Shown piece after piece: positions 61,059 to 64,000 of a DNA stretch of 64,000 nt (positions within the stretch are counted from its first letter, which is position 1; the number at the start of each line of letters is the position of its first letter). Under the pieces are notes generated by a model, which was not told the DNA's origin, did no database searches, and saw nothing but the letters and a program-made list of their open reading frames with translations. The stretch is from Owenia fusiformis. Taxonomy: Eukaryota. The stretch spans positions 37,448,001-37,512,000 of the forward strand of contig CAIIXF020000001.1 in the NCBI GenBank assembly GCA_903813345.2, given 5' to 3'. The position numbers and the translations under genes are program-made.

Positions 61059-62304
61059 AATAATGTTAGTAAAGTCCCCGATATATAATTCTAACATAGA
61101 TAAATTATTTATACCATAAAAAGATGAAATAAACGTCTACAAGGGAGTAAATATATTGTATCTGCATAAAATTAACATGTTAATCAGTTGCATTTATAAT
61201 TGTTTTGCAGCAGTAAATAAGTAAACGATGACAATTGAATTGTAATACATTTATTTGTACATATGCACATGTAAAACAAGAACTTTGTGCAGCCAGTGCA
61301 TTGGTAAAATATGTTGTAAACTATGTTATGAAAAAATACACAGAACAAGTGTGCCAATAATTGCTCAAATAACTGCCATAAAAATAATTGATTTACCGAA
61401 AATGAATTAAATTATAACTTTTAATAAATATTTACATTTAGTTATATTTTGTGATCCAGAATTGTGTAAAGTCGTAAAGTGATGATGAGATAAATGAATT
61501 GCAGTAAGCACCATTGTCTTTTATACCAGCCTGTTTATACATGTACGTCTCAATCAGAGCACGTGCTTGCGCCAAATATATGCCTTGTAATGTTTTAACG
61601 TGAGGAATTTCGAAATGTTTTGTTACACCTTAATGGAAAAAAGAATTATGCTTCAACAGATGCTAACGACAAATACTTTTCCTCTAAAGGTGCATCAAAC
61701 AATTATATTTCAGTAAAAACCTGTATACCTGTTAGCAGTTATGCTAGACGTGAAATAGAGTTTAAACGATTTTTGATCCAATTCTGGTTCGTCAAGTGTT
61801 GAAATAATTTCATTATAAAAAAGTTCTTTCACATTTAATTAAATAGCAAAAATATCATCTCATAATCGTGATAAGTTATAATACACTGATTAACACACAA
61901 TTATATGATACTAAATGCTGGCTATCTTCTTATTTATATAAATCTGGCAATTTGAGCAAAATTCTATCGTGCAATGTTCAGCATATTATTTTATAGCTAT
62001 AAATCTGGCCGCGGTGAGAGCACAACTGAATGTTTTTGAGGAATCTCCTGTTTAATAAGGAAGCTTCAAAGCATTACGTCAAAATATCGAAATCGACACT
62101 TCCAGCCCACAATCATGCGAAGGTGACGGCCGCAACCTTTGTTCGATACTAACCAGTGATATCTGCCAGATGTCAAAATGGCCAGCATGCCTGAATTTGA
62201 AGAATTCTTTTTCATTTTAAAAAATTGTTTTGTGTGAAAAAGAAGTAGTAACACTGTTTTCTTATACACGTATAGAATGAGCAAGATTTTAACACATCGA
62301 AAAG

Positions 62305-64000
62305 TTAAAATATGGGATCTCTTGGATTGCTTATCGAGGAGTATGATGAACTCAGTGAGAGACGCGTATCATTAACAGAAAACATGGTTTCGTTGAGTGT
62401 ACTTTCGACGGGATTATCCAAACCACGTGCGAGTTCACCAAAGGATGGAGCAAACCGTCTGGAACAACTATGTGTATCATTTATAGGCGAGAGATCTAAT
62501 GTGTCAGCAATGGTGAGAAATTCTGGCAAATGATCAGATCTGGCAAATGATAAGGGGTCATCAGTAGTCGGATCGCCTTGTGAGGAAGTGCCGAATACAT
62601 TATCTGTGTTACGGTCATTAGTATGACTAGGAAATCGTTTGTCCTTTTTCATTTCGTCTATATCTTTAAAACAAAGAACACATATATTGGGCGATTCTTT
62701 TCTTTCTTTCTTTTTTCCTCTATGAACTGGAGGTTTGGCTGGCTCGTTTAGATTTCCGCCAAGGATATTAACATCATTTAAAGCCATGGTTTTCCTCCTG
62801 ACGGCAGTCCAAATTGATATAGCTTCGTCAACAAGGGGTAAGATAATGATAACAACACCTGCCAAATAACCACATATCTTCGAGATATTAATCTGAAAGA
62901 TGAGAAGTTTATCATTTATATACAAACAGTATAATATTTTGAACATTTATTGCAGTCCATGTTTATCAAAAAGGTTATCAATTGATTTATGTTCATTCAA
63001 TGAGGTACAGGTTTACATAGTTACTCGAGTCGACCCTAATGTCAGAAGGGGGGGGGGGGGGTCAAGAGTTTTTTGCGTCTCTGTTATTTTTTTAACCTTA
63101 AGCCACAGATATAAGACACTTTTTGGCATAAAAGCCAACGTGATTGGGGGTAGAAATATATATCTTGAAATATACCCTGTATATGCTAAAGACAAAAACA
63201 TGCTGACTATTCCATTTCACGTTACATTGATTTCAACGGGATTTCTTTGAAAGTGTCTAACTTCAGTTCTAGAAACGCGTTTACCATGATTTTAGTTTTA
63301 TTCGAAATATAATTGATTGTTCTTTAAGACAGCGAATTCGAAGCATTTTTGGCACACAAAATATTGTATAAGAAAAGACAGACAAGTTATGAGAAATCGC
63401 AGGGGAGGGGGGGCAAATGACTCCATCCCTGCGACTTAGTGTTATAAAAAAGTTTGCAGACATTAGGGTTAACTCTGCTACAAATGTCAACACAAACAAA
63501 TGAGATTCACGAACTAAATGTTCTCACACATACGTACGTTAACGTAGGCCTAATTTTTTATTTTGAGACAAGACACGATACCCATACTGATGAGTATGTG
63601 AAGTGTTTTAGACTCTGGTTGACCATTCTTAATCAGAAACCTCTGATGATTTGTCAATCCCATTACAAAAGTATTTCCCGCATCACCATCAAATTATTTT
63701 CAAACTCTTTGTATTATAAAAAGTAATCGCCAAATAAAAATATGGACGTTTTTATAAATCACAATTTTCTTAACTAAATGTTATTTAAGGCAAAATAAAT
63801 TAAAATACACACTGTTGCATATTTTTGAAAATAATGAGAATGACACTGACACCCTTTATATACAAATCTTACGTTCTATATTATAGTGTATCTATTACAT
63901 GGAAGGAGTGTTGTTAAGTACCTACCCAAATTATGAATTCACTGAGATTCATCACACCCGATGACATTGCACTTAAAGGCCATATCACTAGCAGACAAAC
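62305..64000 (-). CDS. 3' end of a DUR3-like urea/solute symporter (SSS/SLC5 superfamily); rest lies beyond the window
   Basis: Minus-strand exons 64000-63926 (VCLLVIWPLSAMSSGVMNLSEFIIW, GT donor) and 62892-62305 (INISKICGYLAGVVIIILPLVDEAISIW... to TAA) join in phase 0. The IWP...F..W...ILPL.(D/E)E pattern matches the last two helices of DUR3-type transporters as I recall them. Confidence 0.7.
63034..63468. mobile_element. piggyBac-like MITE in the DUR3-like intron
   Basis: CCCTAATGTCAG / GCAGACATTAGGG termini with TTAA on the right and degenerate TCGA on the left. Confidence 0.7.

Noticed and set aside
63971..64000. TTAAAGG as the start of a Kolobok-like MITE
   Set aside because: It lies inside the minus-strand DUR3-like exon (encodes W-P-L-S).

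Overview
AT-rich animal genomic DNA with GT-AG introns, probably from a marine invertebrate (lophotrochozoan-like repeat content; species not identifiable from sequence). Four intron-containing genes can be assembled by hand with consistent exon phases. They are the 3' part of an RNF216/TRIAD3-like RBR E3 ligase (+, 198-13746), a complete ~1036-aa secreted modular trypsin-like protease (+, 33271-49920), an OATP/SLCO transporter (+, 55472-60177) and the 3' end of a DUR3-like urea symporter (-, 62305-64000). The protease has an unusual order: signal peptide, 4 unrecognised ~110-aa repeats, 2 Lustrin/WR1-like modules, VWC/pacifastin-like module, TSP1, trypsin, TSP1. Introns and intergenic DNA are dominated by mobile DNA. 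This includes multi-kb foldback elements with 3-bp TSDs (Academ-like; one keeps mirrored transposase remnants), Helentron-type elements carrying a 136-bp satellite, a 5'-truncated LINE, a Transib-like element and many MITEs. The most unusual non-coding signal is two arrays (14811-15261 and 25997-26445) built on the same 16-bp palindrome TGTCTGAATTCAGACA but with unrelated spacers. In one array two spacers are inverted, and the two arrays bracket ~11 kb containing decayed exon-like segments.
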